Notes: generated by a model not told the origin, from the sequence alone. Shown: positions 1 to 13,825, numbered from the whole stretch's first letter. The stretch is 63,884 nucleotides of DNA, filler included, from Vannella sp. (GCA_023345925.1; 7 parts of 7 records of this genome joined end to end with filler, not necessarily neighbours in it); one strand, 5' to 3'. Numbers and translations are program-made.

Positions 1-72
1 CATTTCACCCGACATTTCACCCAACATTTCACCCAACATTTCACCCGACATTTCACCCAACATTTCACCCAA
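1..72. repeat. Tandem 12-nt repeat CATTTCACCC(A/G)A x6
   Basis: Six adjacent copies read directly, ending 7 nt before the ATG at 80; may continue beyond the window start. Confidence 0.95.
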
Positions 73-79
73 GGCTGGC

Positions 80-682
80 ATGGAGGACATCGATTGGTTG
101 GGTGGTTCGCTGGATGATCTGGATGTGGCGGAGAGAGAAAGGAACAAGTTGAAGTTGAAGCATATGACGGAGGGCTTCCATACGGGATACGAGGAGAGCC
201 AGGATCGCCTTGTACAAGATGGATTCAATGAGGGCTTCCGTGTTGCCGCTTCTGGATCCTTCCCTCTGGCTTCTCTCTTGGCTCTTCTGACCTCATTAGA
301 AGAGAACTTTACTGACTCGATGACTCTGGATCAAAGGAAGACCGTCACTCACTTACACTCTCAACTATCCGCCCACCGAGCTGCTTTGGGGACACATTTT
401 GGCTTGGATTTGAGTGCCAAAGCTCCCGTCCAAGAGGAACCATCAGAGACTGGAGCAAGTTCTTCTTGTGGAAAGGATGATTGCTGCCAATCCGCAGGAG
501 GGGCAGGAGATTGCGGTGGAGGAGGGTGTGGGGGAGAGACTGCCTCCTCTCCTCCTCCAGAGATCGACTTGGGAGTGCTTGAAGTAGTCCAAGCTTCTCT
601 CAATCAACTACTCTGTGAGCTCCTCCCCATCGGTGGGGCTGAGAGATGCGTAGCTCTGGCGACAAACCCCTTTGGACCCTGA
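80..682 (+). CDS. YAE1: Yae1-family protein (deca-GX3 motif; Fe-S targeting adaptor)
   Basis: HMTEGFHTGYEESQDRLVQDGFNEGF matches the Yae1_N pattern; no Lto1-type C-terminal aromatic signal; Cys/Gly-rich insert. Confidence 0.75.
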   Translation: MEDIDWLGGSLDDLDVAERERNKLKLKHMTEGFHTGYEESQDRLVQDGFNEGFRVAASGSFPLASLLALLTSLEENFTDSMTLDQRKTVTHLHSQLSAHRAALGTHFGLDLSAKAPVQEEPSETGASSSCGKDDCCQSAGGAGDCGGGGCGGETASSPPPEIDLGVLEVVQASLNQLLCELLPIGGAERCVALATNPFGP

Positions 683-725
683 TAAACGCCTGAAGAGGTG
701 ATGGAAAGTGACTTATTGAGCTAGT

Positions 726-3700
726 CTAGTAGTCGATGCCATTGGACCAGTGCTGGAACACATCGTAGAAGAGGGTGGTGTAGGAGGAGAAGGGACTGAG
801 AGCTTCGATAATGATGCTGAAGATGAAACGAGCAGCTTCCTTCTCACTCTTCTGAGGGCAGAAGCGGTTCTGCAAGTTGAGAAGAGTCTGCTCGGTAAAG
901 CAGGGGAAGCCAGTGTCGAGAGTCAGCTGCACAAGGGTGATAATGCTGTCCATGTGTTGCCGGCAAGCCAGATAAGCCTTTGCTGTGTACTCCACAAACC
1001 ATTTGAAGGGCTCTGCCGATGGATCTCCACCCATCAACGTCAGCATCTCATCGGACATCTTGAAAGGCGCTCGCTCAAAGCGCAGGCCCCCTCCTGGAGA
1101 GATGTCAAAGATGAAGCCAAAGTCGATATGGACAATGTGGCCTTGGTCGTCAATCAACATGTTCCCGTTGTGGCGGTCCTTAATCTGCAGGATGTAGCTG
1201 ACAACACTGTACGCGGCCATACTCTTCAGGAAGTTATTCCGTGCCTGCCCCAAGTCAGTCAGTCACTTGGCTCGAAGAGAGCCCTTTCAGAGGAGAGAAA
1301 CGCACGTTTTGGAACTCCAGAGAGTGTTCTGGCCCGTAGCGATGGCGGAAGTAGTCGTAAAGAGAGCCTTCTACTTGCTTTCCGATCTGGTCACGTGACT
1401 GGGTGTTGGGAACGCATTCGATGATACCGCACTGCTCTTGCCGTTAAATAACCTGGTTCAATAGATGTTCTCCTTCACTTACATCAGGAGTAGTAGCTAC
1501 AACTCGATAAGGGTAGAGGAAGAGGTCCAATCCCACACTCGACAGAATCCTCTTGAAGAGATCGACCACTTGAAGGGCCAACATGTCCTGGCGGACATCG
1601 TCACCAACCTTGAAGATACACGCCTGTGATACGCCCTCTGGAACAGGCTCTGCCACTTTCTTACGAGAGGCCTTGGTCGGGCGACTGGATTTGGCCACTT
1701 TGCCGGATTTGCCGGATTTGGAAGAAACGCGTTTCTTCTCCAACCTGGGCTGGGGAGAAGTCTCTGGGATTGCAAGGCTTCCTGATGCAGTCAGATCAAT
1801 ACCAGAGCCTGTGGAAGGCATCCCTGCCTTAAGAGACTTTTGGGAAGTGGATCTGAGTTTCCGTGAGGCCTTGCGGGCTGTTGAAGGGGAGGCAGTGGTG
1901 GTGGAGCGGTCACGGCTATCTGGGGTGGAGGGGTCGAGAGACGTTTGAGAGGATGAGCGGGTCTTGCGCGCCTTTCCACGGGAGCTGGAACGAGAAGGCG
2001 ACGTTGGTACCGTTTGGTCCGTAGTGGAAGCCGATGAGGAGTTCAAGCTCTCAGGTACAACCGCTATCGCAGGTTCCTCCGGTTTTCTTTCTTCCTTGGC
2101 AGCATCAGACAAGCGGGGAGCGTGGCCCGAGCGTTTCTTGCCATTCTCTCCAGAAGAAGAAGAAGAGGGACTTGGTTCTAGGAGTCTAGGAGATTCATCG
2201 CCAGGCCCGTCCAGCGCAGGAACGTGTTTGACAATGAAAGTGACAAGGATGGGCACTTTGGCAGCGCTAGTCAGAGTCGCGGCCTTCTCGGGATTGATGG
2301 CAATGACTGTGGTGTCAGGACTTGTTGGGAGATACAAGGGCGGGGTGATCATGATCTCCTTGAGCTTGCTCTTTAACACTGTGCGCTGCTCACTCTTAGG
2401 ATAGGCCATCAAGTCACCTGAAAGTGCCGTAACGCGCTCAAAGAACTGGAACTCGTTCTCATAATTCTTGCGGAAGCGCTCACTGAAGGTGGCAATGATC
2501 TTCTCTCGAAGTGCGGCAGCCTTCGTAGAAAGTGGGTAAATGGTCTTCTCCGGGTCCACATCGTACGTTTGAAGGTTCCAGATGAGTTGGTGAGCAAGCA
2601 CTTGTGAATGTTGTGAAGCAGAGAGTAAATACTTTTCTACGAGCCCAGACTTGTCATAACGCACCGCTTGGACGAGTTGAGGAATGTAGAAGACAATCGT
2701 ATCCGGAGGGAAGGAGCGAAGTACACGAGTAGCGTACTGTACCACGTACGGATGAGAGAGATAGGCAGGCCCTAAGAGGGCAAGTGCGTTGGGAGGACTG
2801 GTGGCTGCCCAGTAAAGCAAGTGGCTGAGGGCAGGATGGTCTGAGGAGGCATTATCGGGAGTCACAAGGTAGCGAATCGCTTCAGGAATAGTCCAAGACT
2901 GAGCAGTGTTCTGTTCCACATAGCCAGCAATGAAAGCATTCACTTTGGGGAATGGGAAGCGCTCACCAAGCATGACTGCCAGCGTAGGAGAGATGCTCCA
3001 TGCTGTCTTGATGTACTGGCGCCATTGGGCTCCATGAATGACTCTCTCAGTCGTATAGCGCTGCTCTTGAGGTAACTTGAGCTGAATACGGTTCTGTGGA
3101 TTGTGCCACGCTGCCATTCGGTCAATCTCATGACCAATCAAGAGCAAAAGAAGGGAGATTCGTTGTCCGCCCACTTGATAGTCCACCATATTGGAGTTAG
3201 AGGTGTCCACCGCTTCGCGGCGACGTTCCAGAGAAGGAAGACTCTCTAACACTAGAGAAATAAGCGCCCCCGCCTGTGGTGCCTCAGGACTCGACCCGCT
3301 ACTGGGTCGGCCTTCCTCCACCGACCGGGCAAAATCAATCAAGACCTGAACGTCACTTTCCAGTGCCGCACGGGAACCGGGATCGTACCAAACGGGGGGC
3401 TTGTTGAACCAATCAATGGCAGCTGCAAAGATGCGTTCCAAGAAGAGCCCAATGGATCGCGATTCTGTGATGTGCCCACTTTGCAAGAAGTTGACGCAAA
3501 GTAAAAGCAGTCGGAAACGCACTGCAAGAGAGGATGCTTGATGAGAGAGGCGAGTGGGGTCCGCAATTGCATTGAAGAGCATACTTTGGATCATGTCCAT
3601 CTGCTTGGGATCGCTCTTACACACTAAGGTGAGTCTCTCTTGGATAAAGTCAATAAGATGGCAATGCGGACGAGGGTCATCTGGAGTCTTTTGGTAGAAC

Positions 3701-6700
3701 CGAAGGTCAGCATAGATATCAAAGTCATCGTCACCCTCTTTACTAATAGAGAGAGGGCTTGGAGGAAGAGTTTCAGAGTTAAAGAGACCTATCCCATGTC
3801 GAATCGTCCAGTTCCAGGCGTTGTTAATCTCATGCATGATGTGAGAGGCCAAGTCTGGCCGAGCTGCAAAGAGCCACGTCCAGACAAAGACACCACTCGA
3901 CCAAGATTGGCCACTGTGAGCAACAATTGGAATCCAGCAGATGTGGTGCAACAGAGTGCGATACACCACGCCTGTCTGCAAGATGACAAAGGCAGCAGAG
4001 CGACACAAATCGCCATGGAAGGCGTTATAATCGATGGACTCTCCTGCCCGAAGCTGGGTAAGAGTGCCTTTGATCTTGTCGCTCAATATCGTCTCAAGTT
4101 TGCTCATGTCACTGCCAGTAAGGTTAGAAAAGTTAATCATTCCCGCCACCTCTCCCAAATAGGACGACTTGAGGTTGAGGGAGCTGACAAAACTGCTGGC
4201 AGAAGATCTGCTCGAGTAGTTGTGGACATGAACGTCATCAGGAGCCACTCCTGCCATTGTGACAGCCAGAGAGTAGCCTTGGTGATGCAAGAAACCAAAA
4301 GAGGATGTTTGAAGCCCTTGGCAGTACTGCTGCAACATGCAATCAGTCTCTACAGGAGCAAACCGCTTGGCACTCTTCAACCAGACCGTGCATAATTGAG
4401 AGATGTCACTCATGAGTGACTTGCGGCCAGTATAGTCCTCAGGGAGTGTAAAAGTATCCTCTGAATTGGGTAAATTCAGGCGGATAGTCGCATGTCCCTG
4501 CACCTCCGCTCCATTGCCCACAGCCTGAGCAAGATCCAAGAGAGTGGTCAGTGCTTTGCGGTTCCAAAGCAGTTGGGGGAATGCTTCCATGAGCTGGAGA
4601 ATATACTTATCAGCTGCCTTACGAACGATGTCGTAGTTGTGGACAAACGCAATAAGAAGTGCGTAAATCACTTCTACCAAGATTTGCTCACGCTCTGACG
4701 AAGAAGTGCGAGCCACCATGGTCTGTAAGAAGACCTGGAAGACTTGGTCAGCGATGATGACAATCGCTTGAGACATTGCTAAATCGGCACGGAAGCTGGG
4801 CTCCTCAAGATAAGCAAAGAGAACAAGGAAGTTACCCTGTCCTGCTCGGAGGGTCTCTAGATGGTAGACTGAGAGAAGATAAAGGCACTTTCCAAAGGTA
4901 AGTGACTTGACAGTATCCTGGTTGAAGAGACTGCGAGTTTGGATGGACCGAGCAAGGATCTCAGATAGCTCCCGCCGAATCGTCGCGATTTCTTGAGCAT
5001 TCATGTTAAACTGTTCGAGCGTCAAGGTCGTCTCAAGCACGGTCGTGGACTTTTCGGAAGTGAGAGGAGGAATGGCGTTGGCAATCAATCGAATAGCTTG
5101 GAACCACTCTGGAGTCCATTCTGTGCGATACGCAAAGCGATAGATAACACAATAGTACCATACATTGCTGAACAGCTTGATTGCTGGCGTATCCCAGCTC
5201 TTTCCTTGGAACCCAGGATGACTTAGCAGTTGCCCCATAATCGGTAGAAGTATTCCCAGGAACCCAAGGACTGCCGTGCGAGCCTTGGGGTCTTTGCGAT
5301 AGATTTGGTTGGCAATCAATTGAAAGAGCTTAAACACACGCAGAAGAAGATCCTCTTGGAGCTTAAAGTTGTCCTTCAGCCCCGCCGTGAGCCGCGAAAA
5401 CGCATTGGGGATGGTGTCATGGATAAACATGTTATCTGGATAGTTCAAACAGTTCTTGTAGATGTTCACAAGCAAGTCAGCGACTTGTGAGTACACTTGC
5501 CGGTGGCCAAGCATCGCAATCTCTGCTAACTGGTCGATGATAAAGCCGTCAAAGTTCAAGTCAGGGTAAGTGATACGATTGATGAGATTGGGCACGACAA
5601 TGTCCGAGACTTTGGGATCGTTCAAGTGGCAAGTGAGTCGTCCAAGCGTTGTGACGATCACAATAAGCTGATTCTCCTTCAACTTGCGAGCCTCAGCGGG
5701 TGTGTTAGCGTCCATACGCATGTATTCACTGTAAACCGTATAGAGCGAGTGAGAGAGAGAGTCCAATGCCCATCGGATTCCCTCTATTCCGTTCGTCTGC
5801 TTCTCTCGTTCAATCAGGTCACACAAGCAAGCAATGGCTTCATCACGGACAGCGACATCAGGCTTTTGGGCCGAGTAGACTTGCAAGAGGTAGTCCAACA
5901 GCTTTTGGGTTGCTGAACGAGTCTTCTTGGGGTACTGCTGTCCACAAGATACAATAGAGCGGAACAAGGCGTGGTACGTTGTTCGGTTCTCCGACGGGTT
6001 GTCCTCGAAGAGAGGGACGGGGTACATCAACTCGGCAGCGATAAGATCGATCGCCCTGTCGCCCAGTGCCTCGTTGTTGAGTGCACATTGGAGGCAAAGC
6101 TGCACTGCAGGTACGAGTAACTCCTCTGATGCGTTTGCTCCCAAGACGAAGAGATCCTCAAAGTCTTTGCTTGTCAGTTGGGAGACACGGGACCGTGCCA
6201 GGCTACTGAGAGCCCGTAAAAGGAGAATGTTGAGCTTGATTCTTTCGGTATCGAGTGTTCCTTCTGCCTTCTTGTCCTTGGTGTGGTAGCGCCCTCTCAG
6301 ATGTTGCACCAACTCTGATGTCTGACCCTTGTCGAAAGCGGGAATCTCTGTCTGACTTAAGGCCTCATAGAGAGCGCAGAGAAGGGGTTCCTGCTCAGGG
6401 ACAGCCTGCACTGTTGTAAAGAAGGAGAAGAGTGCGGAGGTGACCTTTGGTGAGACTTTGGAGCTTGAGAGCTTCGACATGCGAGCCAGTTTAGACAGCA
6501 AACGAGATGGGAAAGAGCTTTTCAATATGACTGGATCCTTGCATTCGCAAAGCTTAGCCAAGTAAGGGAGGATGTGCTCCTCAAGTACGACACTTCTGGT
6601 GGAGCGCACACCAATGACATAGTCACACAGAGCCAGGAGAGCGCACTGACGCCTTTCATTCTAGTAGAAACAAAAGAGTTAATGGATAAGACAAACCTCC

Positions 6701-6887
6701 AGACGGACCAACTGCTCACCTGAAAGTCGCGACGGAAGCGTCGCTCTTGAAAGTCATCAGGAAACCCCACCGCCTGCGAGGGGAGACGTGGACAACGGGA
6801 AACCAAAGGCCCAATCCTCTTAGAAGAGGAAGGTTCCTTCACTAAAGACTGTGCCAACAGGCAAACACCTGGAGCAAACCTAGCCAT
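726..6887 (-). CDS. PI4KA: Phosphatidylinositol 4-kinase III alpha (Stt4-like), spliced
   Basis: PIK helical FYIPQLVQAVRYD, IFKVGDDVRQD, KDRHNGN, HIDFGF; introns at 6719-6661 and near 1482-1430 and 1305-1245 join the 1721-aa and 175-aa ORFs in frame. Confidence 0.95.
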
Positions 6888-7175
6888 GGACCAACAAAAA
6901 GTGGCTCACCTCCCCCACAAATTAAACATGTCCTACTCATTAAAGTGGAGGATAGCCCACTTGATCCCAACTGTTTTAAGCTGGTCCAAAGAAGACTTTC
7001 CAGGAACTTTCGTTACTTTCTCCCGATGCTTGCCCGAGGACGACAGCTCGCAACACTCCTCTCGCGTAATAGCTGTGCTGTTTCCACCGCTACGAACTCT
7101 GTAAGCTTTGGGGTTGCTTATCAGTAGGTGAAAGGAGCCTTACAAACCGCAGAAGCATACCCTCCCTGATTTGAC

Positions 7176-7275
7176 NNNNNNNNNNNNNNNNNNNNNNNNN
7201 NNNNNNNNNNNNNNNNNNNTTAATTAATTAANNNNNNNNNNNNNNNNNNNNNNNNNNNNNNNNNNNNNNNNNNNN
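7176..7275. other. Artificial contig spacer (44 N + TTAATTAATTAA + 44 N)
   Basis: Six-frame stop linker flanked by Ns. Confidence 0.99.
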
Positions 7276-8034
7276 GGAAGCTCGCACCCTCTTGGAGGAC
7301 TGGCTGACCATAGTTCTCACCCAATACAACCGGAAGATCATCTTAGCCACTCCTGGGAGCAAGTCCAAGCCGGAGGAGCGTCAACTTCGAGCAAACAACA
7401 TCAACTTGACCTTCGACCGAGACCAGAACCTTTCCTTCATTCCCCAGCTCGTCTTTGGCCTTCTCAAGTCGCCCCTCCTCTCTGCTAAGCGCATGCACCC
7501 TCTCGACCGCTGGACGTTCCTCCACGGGTTGGCGAGCAGCGCGGACCCGGCAGCGTTCCACCGCATGGTGTACCCTGCTCTAGCTGCGTATCCCAGCATA
7601 GATGGGTCTCCCTCTAGCGAGGACGTTGAACTCTCCAAGCTGGCAATCTACTCCAAGGTACCGGCAGTCTCTTACGCAACGTTGGACCGACAGATTGGTC
7701 TGGTCGTTCATCAGCTGAGAGATCCATCTACCACAGAGGAGAACCGATTAGATGAGCCCTTCCCGCCTCCTAAAGGTCGGTCCTTTCGGCTCAGATCCTC
7801 CTCAAACTAACCTTCTGGGCAGGAAGCGTCCTAATGCGCCTCCTGGAAGACCTGTCCAAGCACAGAGTGATGGCACCTACCATCACATTCTCACAGTGTA
7901 CGGAACAAAGTGATGTGGAGGCCTTCGAAGCCCTTCTTCTGGAGGAGACCAACTCTGATGGCGGCAGCTTCTCCCAGTTTCTTGAGTCCAACAACCGAGC
8001 AGTCGTCCGCTTTGGAGAACGAACCTACGGCTAA
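7276..8034 (+). CDS. Divergent Sec23/Sec24-family protein, C-terminal part (5' truncated)
   Basis: DWLTIVLTQYN, IPQLVFGLLKSPLL, VYPAL, PFPPP, then after an intron APTITF...FEALLLEE; resembles the divergent plant/protist Sec23-like group. Confidence 0.7.
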
Positions 8035-8149
8035 AGTGTCTACTAAACAAGGACCACAGCAAGCGGAACTCCCTCTTCCATGGGTGGGAGTGAGGCTTTA
8101 TTGGGGCACACGCTCATGTTTTTGCGAATTTAGTGCGAGTGGGTGTTGC

Positions 8150-8521
8150 TTAGTGGTGTGCCTTAGCAGCGTTCTTATCAGGGAACGTGGAGTACATGGA
8201 GGGGCCGAGCGAGTATCCTTGGAAGGATCCGCGGCCGACAACCTTTCCTGCATGGAAGATCAAGAAGAGTTGTACTCCCAAGACGGAGGTTCGGTAGATA
8301 TCACCAAGAGTGATGTCGAATTTCGCCACGCGCTTGAGGGCCTGGTTCAACTCAGAGCGAGCAGTACCCCAACGCTGGGTCAAGCAGAAGACGGAGTCGG
8401 TCGCCACCATCAAGCTACGGTTGGCGCAGGCACAACTAGACTTCCAGGTGTCGCTCTTGTGAAAGTACGCATGCCAGTTAGGCGTTGGGAGGGTGTTCAG
8501 CACGCGACGAGTAGACTGCAT
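8150..8521 (-). CDS. Mitochondrial ATP synthase subunit g-like
   Basis: Small protein with a hydrophobic helix ending FHAGKVVGRGSFQGY (compare the GExxGR...GY signature). Confidence 0.65.
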   Translation of the reverse strand: MQSTRRVLNTLPTPNWHAYFHKSDTWKSSCACANRSLMVATDSVFCLTQRWGTARSELNQALKRVAKFDITLGDIYRTSVLGVQLFLIFHAGKVVGRGSFQGYSLGPSMYSTFPDKNAAKAHH

Positions 8522-8642
8522 GGCGGACCGAAGAAAAAGTGTTCCTAAGGACACCAAATAATCTTCACTTTACTTTGTTAATGATTTACGATTTTCACTT
8601 GTTGTAAGCCCGTACAGAGACTCGACCTTCCAGGGCGCCAGG

Positions 8643-11600
8643 ATGGCTTTCTCGTAGGTCGCGCCTCCTCTTTGGGACTTCCATGGGGAGAGTGATGTGA
8701 GACTAACCAAGTTGTAGGGGCAACAATGTACAAACGAGGGTTCTATTCATGGGAGAGCCCAACTGCGGGAAACGGTCCCTTCTTCACTATTACATTGTAG
8801 GTGCTCTTCTACTCCGTTCCCTCCTCAAGGGAGCTCTACGAGGTGTTCTACTTGATTCTGACGGGCTCCTTTGTAGTTCGACCAAGCTGTCGAGTCGGAA
8901 ATGGACGAACCTTCAGAGCTTGACATTGGGCGGAACAAGGAACGTACCACTCAGCAAAACGAGTTCATTAAGGAGCTTCACATCGATAGCAAGACGTTAA
9001 ACGCGCACTTCTTCGTGCGCGACATCGCTGACTTGGTTCGTCCCTTGTTCCTTCTGCCCTCTGCTTACCTGCTCGCTAGACCTTTGACGAGAAGGATCCT
9101 GCGAATCGATTCGACTGCTATGTGGTCCTCTTTGATATGGGAGGTTGGCCTGAGACGGGAAACCGGGCCAGACAGTTGTTCAACACGATCACCTCACACA
9201 AGAAGCTGATGGTTGGTTGTAAGAGCGACTTGTTCCAGAAGAGCCGTGCCCGTCGTACCCATTGCGTCCCTTGCTCGGTCGTGAGCAACCACAACATTGA
9301 CAACGTCTTCGACCAAGTCACGGAGATCCTTCAGTTCCAAGACATCAACCAACAGGTAGCTCTGCGCACTCCTCGTTCCAGTACTACCGCCACACCTGGC
9401 TCGGATCCGACCCCACGCAAGTCCCACAACGTGAAGAAACGTAAGTTCTTCCTGGGAAGGCGTTGCACCTGTTCTGACGAGTATCTTCAGTCTTACGAGC
9501 TGTCGGAAAGCTCCGTACACCTAGTAACGTTGCTGTATCAGAGTCAAGCACAGTATCCTTAGACACTCACATAGTTGACTATGAGCCTGATACTGAGCCG
9601 CAGACGCCCAAAGGGAAGCGCCCACGGATGCCACTGAGCCACCGTGGATCAGTACCTCCACCTTCAAAGGGTTCCAGTGGAGAGGAACCACGAGAAGCCG
9701 GCTCCGATACGCACGATGCTGACGATCTCACTTCTGGTGACTTGGACGGCGATGGGGAGAACGAGGTGCCAGACGACTTCTTGGACAACTGCGAAGAGAA
9801 AGGACTGATCACTGCTGGCTCCAATGTTGTGGACGCGAAGCAGCTTCTCCAGTCCGTCTGGCACCAAAACGTCAAAGCCTTGGGGGAGAGTCTTCGGCAG
9901 CTGAAGCAAAGCGGTGCCTCCTTTAGCGTGTCGGATCCTGTCAACTCTTCAGGAGATACGATCCTCCATCAGTTGGTTCGCAAGCCAGGTTGGGGAGCTT
10001 CCATTCAGGTGCTCTTGCAGAGCAATGTGCTCGCCCCGAACGAGCTCGCGCAACTCCTCAACACAAAGAACTACGCTGGCAACACTGCATTGCATGTGGC
10101 ATCAGCACGGGGCCACGAGGATTACGTTGGTCTCTTGTTGAATCTTGGAGCAGATGTGATGAGTGAGAATGAGCGCAAGAAGACCGCTCTGATGATCTCC
10201 ATTGAAATGGGGCAGGTGGGGTGCGTTACAAAGCTTGCAGCCTTTTCTTCCGCTCTTGTCTTGAAGAATGAATCGCACAACCTCACCAGCCTCGAGGTTG
10301 CGGTGGAGCTAGGGCAGTGGGATATTGCGAACAAGCTTTTCCCATTCTTTCCCGATTCCGCTTCGCCCACAACTCTCCAGACCGACCACAAGGAGCTGGC
10401 TCTCACCAAGCGGTTCTTCCAATTGGTTCGCGAGGAGGAGATTGACGAAGTCTTTGAGTTGGTCAAGGCCCATCCTACCTTGGTTCACTCTTCAGATGAG
10501 GGAGGACGCTCGCCTCTTCATTTAGCAGTGTTAGGACGGCCTACCTCTGAGCTCCCTGAGCTTCTTTTAGCAAGAGATGCCGACATTAACAAATTAGACC
10601 CTGGAGGCAACACGCCTCTCCACTGGGCAGCATGCCACGCAAGTGGAGCTGTTTTTGGCAAGTATCTGATTGAGTCTGGGGCGCAGATTGACATTGCCAA
10701 CCGAGAGGGCAACTTGCCTCTTCACATGGCAGTCTTTGCGGGAAACTTATCCCTTGTGGAGTACCTTCTGACTGAATGCAATCCCGCTCAATCTGGATTG
10801 CGCCAGCCCAACATTGACGAGAACACTCCACTTCACATCGTTTGTGCTCTTCCCAATCACACAACTCCGGCTCAATTGGATGTCATGATCTCCTTGATGA
10901 CTGAAAAGCGTGCGGAAACTAGTGCGGTCAACTCACGCAAAGAGACACCCCTCCACATTGCTGCCGCAGCCGGTTGCACTCGGATTCATCCTTCCTTATG
11001 CGATGCGTTACACGCCAAAGATATTTACGGAAACACTCCTCTTCTCTCTGCTGCTCGTGCGCTCAATCTGGTGGCTGTTCAGAACCTCTTGGATATGGGA
11101 TCCTCTCTGGATACAGCAAACAGCGACAATGAGAATATCCTGCACCTTTTGGCTTCCTCGAGAATGGAAAACCTCACTGAAGATGACGCTCTTCACTGCA
11201 TCTCGCTCCTGAAGAAGCTGGAACGAAAGGGTCCACAAAAGGAGACTATTCGGCAACTCTTGAATCGTACCACTATCTCTACCACAGAGACACCTCTCTT
11301 TGTCGCAGTTGCATCGAACCGCTTGCACTTGGCCAAGTTCTTTTTGAGGCGAGGAAATGCAGCAAGCTCTAATGCACAGAGTATCGAGGGCAATACGCCT
11401 TTGCACTTGGCTGCACAATCAAATGCTCGAGCGATGGTTGATCTTTTGCTTCGAAAGGAAGCCAATCCCATCCAGCCAAACAGAGAAGGATACTCTCCTC
11501 TTCACTATTGTTGCCATCCGAGTCACACCTCAGTAGCTGACAGGCTCTTGAAGAAGATGAAACCTTCAGACCTCCTTGCGGTGACGTCAGAGGGACTGAG

Positions 11601-13658
11601 CACTCTCCACCTTGCAGCTCAAACAGGGAATCTTCACTTGGTTCAAAAAATTCTTGAGAAAGCAGGGGCTAGCGCCTCGCCACTCCTACAGCTGAGAACC
11701 CAGCATGACAACACAGCTCTCATCTACGCCATGAGCAATAACCACTCCAAGGTCGCTGCCTTCTTGGCGAAACGGAATGGTGCTTTCGAGCGCGGGGACG
11801 GTGAGATCTACGACCGGGTGGAGTTCCGTAAGGAGCCATTCCCCCATTTGTATCCTGTTATCAATCACGAGCACATCACTGGCCAGCAGAAGCTTGATAT
11901 CTTCTCTTCCACTTACAACATCTTCGAAGGACGCCTCCGCGACGAAACCATTCTGGTTCTGGAAGCGAATAGCGCTTCTGCATCGGTGAGTATGGCCCAC
12001 GAGGTAGCTATCATGAGGTAGGTGGACTCTCCTTTGCATTCCCTGTTTGATACTAACCATCTTGAAAGCATGATTGGGAGCCATCCGAATATCCAGCGCC
12101 TTTTGGGAGCTTGCGCGAACAAGTATTGCTACTTGCCACTGTTACCCAACTGTACTACACTCGATGCCTTGTTGAACGAATTGATGGGCCGCAAAGAGAC
12201 TTGTGACACTCTCCAGATCCTCACTATTGCAGAGGGCGTTGCGAACGGCATGAAGTGCCTTCATACCGCCACTGTCTCAAAGCCAACGATCATTCATAAC
12301 GCCTTATCTCCAAGAGCCATTCTTGTGGATGAACAGAACGCCAAACTATCTTCATTTGGCTCTGCTCGGGTCCACTTCTCTGAAGAATCTGCAGTTGCTG
12401 ATAAGAGAGAGTTACCTCTTCCCTCTATGGATGAAGTGCGCTACCTTGCTCCTGAAGTGATCCGCGGGGAGCCCCCTTCCAAAGCTGCTGACGTTTTCTC
12501 GTTTGGCATCATTCTGTGGCAGCTCTGCACGACTCAAGTTCCATACGCAGATGTTCAGATGGAAGATTTAGTCGCTGAGTTGAGGCGCGATGTATCAAGA
12601 CCTCCTCTTGATGGAGTGGACAAGGGTTTGGAGCAGCTCATTCAAAGCTGCTGGGATAGCAATCCGGCTTTGCGACCTTCCTTCCAAGAGGTCTGTGATA
12701 GGTTGAATGCTCTTCATGTTGATAACGTTGAAGCACTTGGTCGTGCTCGTACTCTCCCAGTGGTGCGCACTAGAGCTTCGCCATTCCCTTGTTGTAAGCC
12801 AAGAGAATTCCAGATTATGAACAAACTACGTCAACGGCATGTGGACACCAGCGGGGCCAACAGTTCAATCTACCTTTGCACGTTCGAGCGCATTGTTTGC
12901 GTGGTGAAGATGTGGCCGCCGAACCAAAATCAGCAAACTCAGATGAAGAGCTCTTTGCAGATCTTCACAATGAAGTCTCTATGCGAGTGTGACCATGTTG
13001 TGCGGTACATCTTCTCTGATACGGATAAGAATGGCAACAAATGTCTCTTTATGGAGTACATGAACAAAGGAACCGTCGCCCAAGTGCTCTCCGATCGAAA
13101 GGTCGCGAAAGCTGGCCAGCCTTTCCCTTTTACTCCAGAAGAGGTTCTCCACTATGCATTACCAATTGCCAGTGCCCTCAAATTCATGCATAAGTTCAGT
13201 ACAGTGATAGTTCACCAAGACATTCAGGCAGAAAACATTCTTATCACGAATCGTGGCGAGGGAAAGACCGATATGGTGAAGCTAAGCGGCTTTTCGTCGA
13301 TGCATACCCTCCGTAAGTCCTCTCTACCATCCCTCTTGGTACTAACCTTCTGTAACAGAGAACTCAGAAGAGCACGAAGTTTATCGAGACAGTAAGTGAA
13401 CCCAATGAATGGCGATAACGCAACCTAACCCATCGTCCAGTCGAGGGATTTGCTCTCTACTTATATCAATTGCTGACACTGACCATCCGGGTCAAGAACA
13501 ACTGGAAATCACAAGTACAAAAGCTCCAACTCAGCGAAGAGCAGCAGCCATTCTTAGGCATCCTTCACTCCTGCTTGGACCCCATCGAAAGGCCCACATC
13601 CATTCAATTAGTAGAGCGCTTGGAGTGCATCAAAAAGTCACTTCCAGTGAAGGACTGA
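8643..13658 (+). CDS. Multidomain protein: degenerate Ras-like GTPase + ankyrin repeats + two pseudokinase domains
   Basis: Introns 8654-8717, 8797-8876, 9036-9079, 9441-9490, 12018-12068 and two near 13313-13440 join the separate ORFs in frame; GEPNCGKR, VGCKSDL, many TPLHxA repeats, YLAPE/DVFSFG, HQDIQAENIL. Confidence 0.8.
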
Positions 13659-13825
13659 AAACAATTAAATATTTTGCATCCCGAAAGAGAGATGATGTTT
13701 TGGTTTTGTCAGACTGAGAGTGACACATTGCTTTAGACATTCCAATACTTGATGTTCACAAGTACTTTGTGATCGCCTAGTCAACCACAATCACAATCAG
13801 GCTTCATTTTTTGTAGGACGGTTTT

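Noticed and set aside
1..72. CRISPR-like array
   Set aside because: Repeats are adjacent with no spacers, in a eukaryotic context with no cas genes
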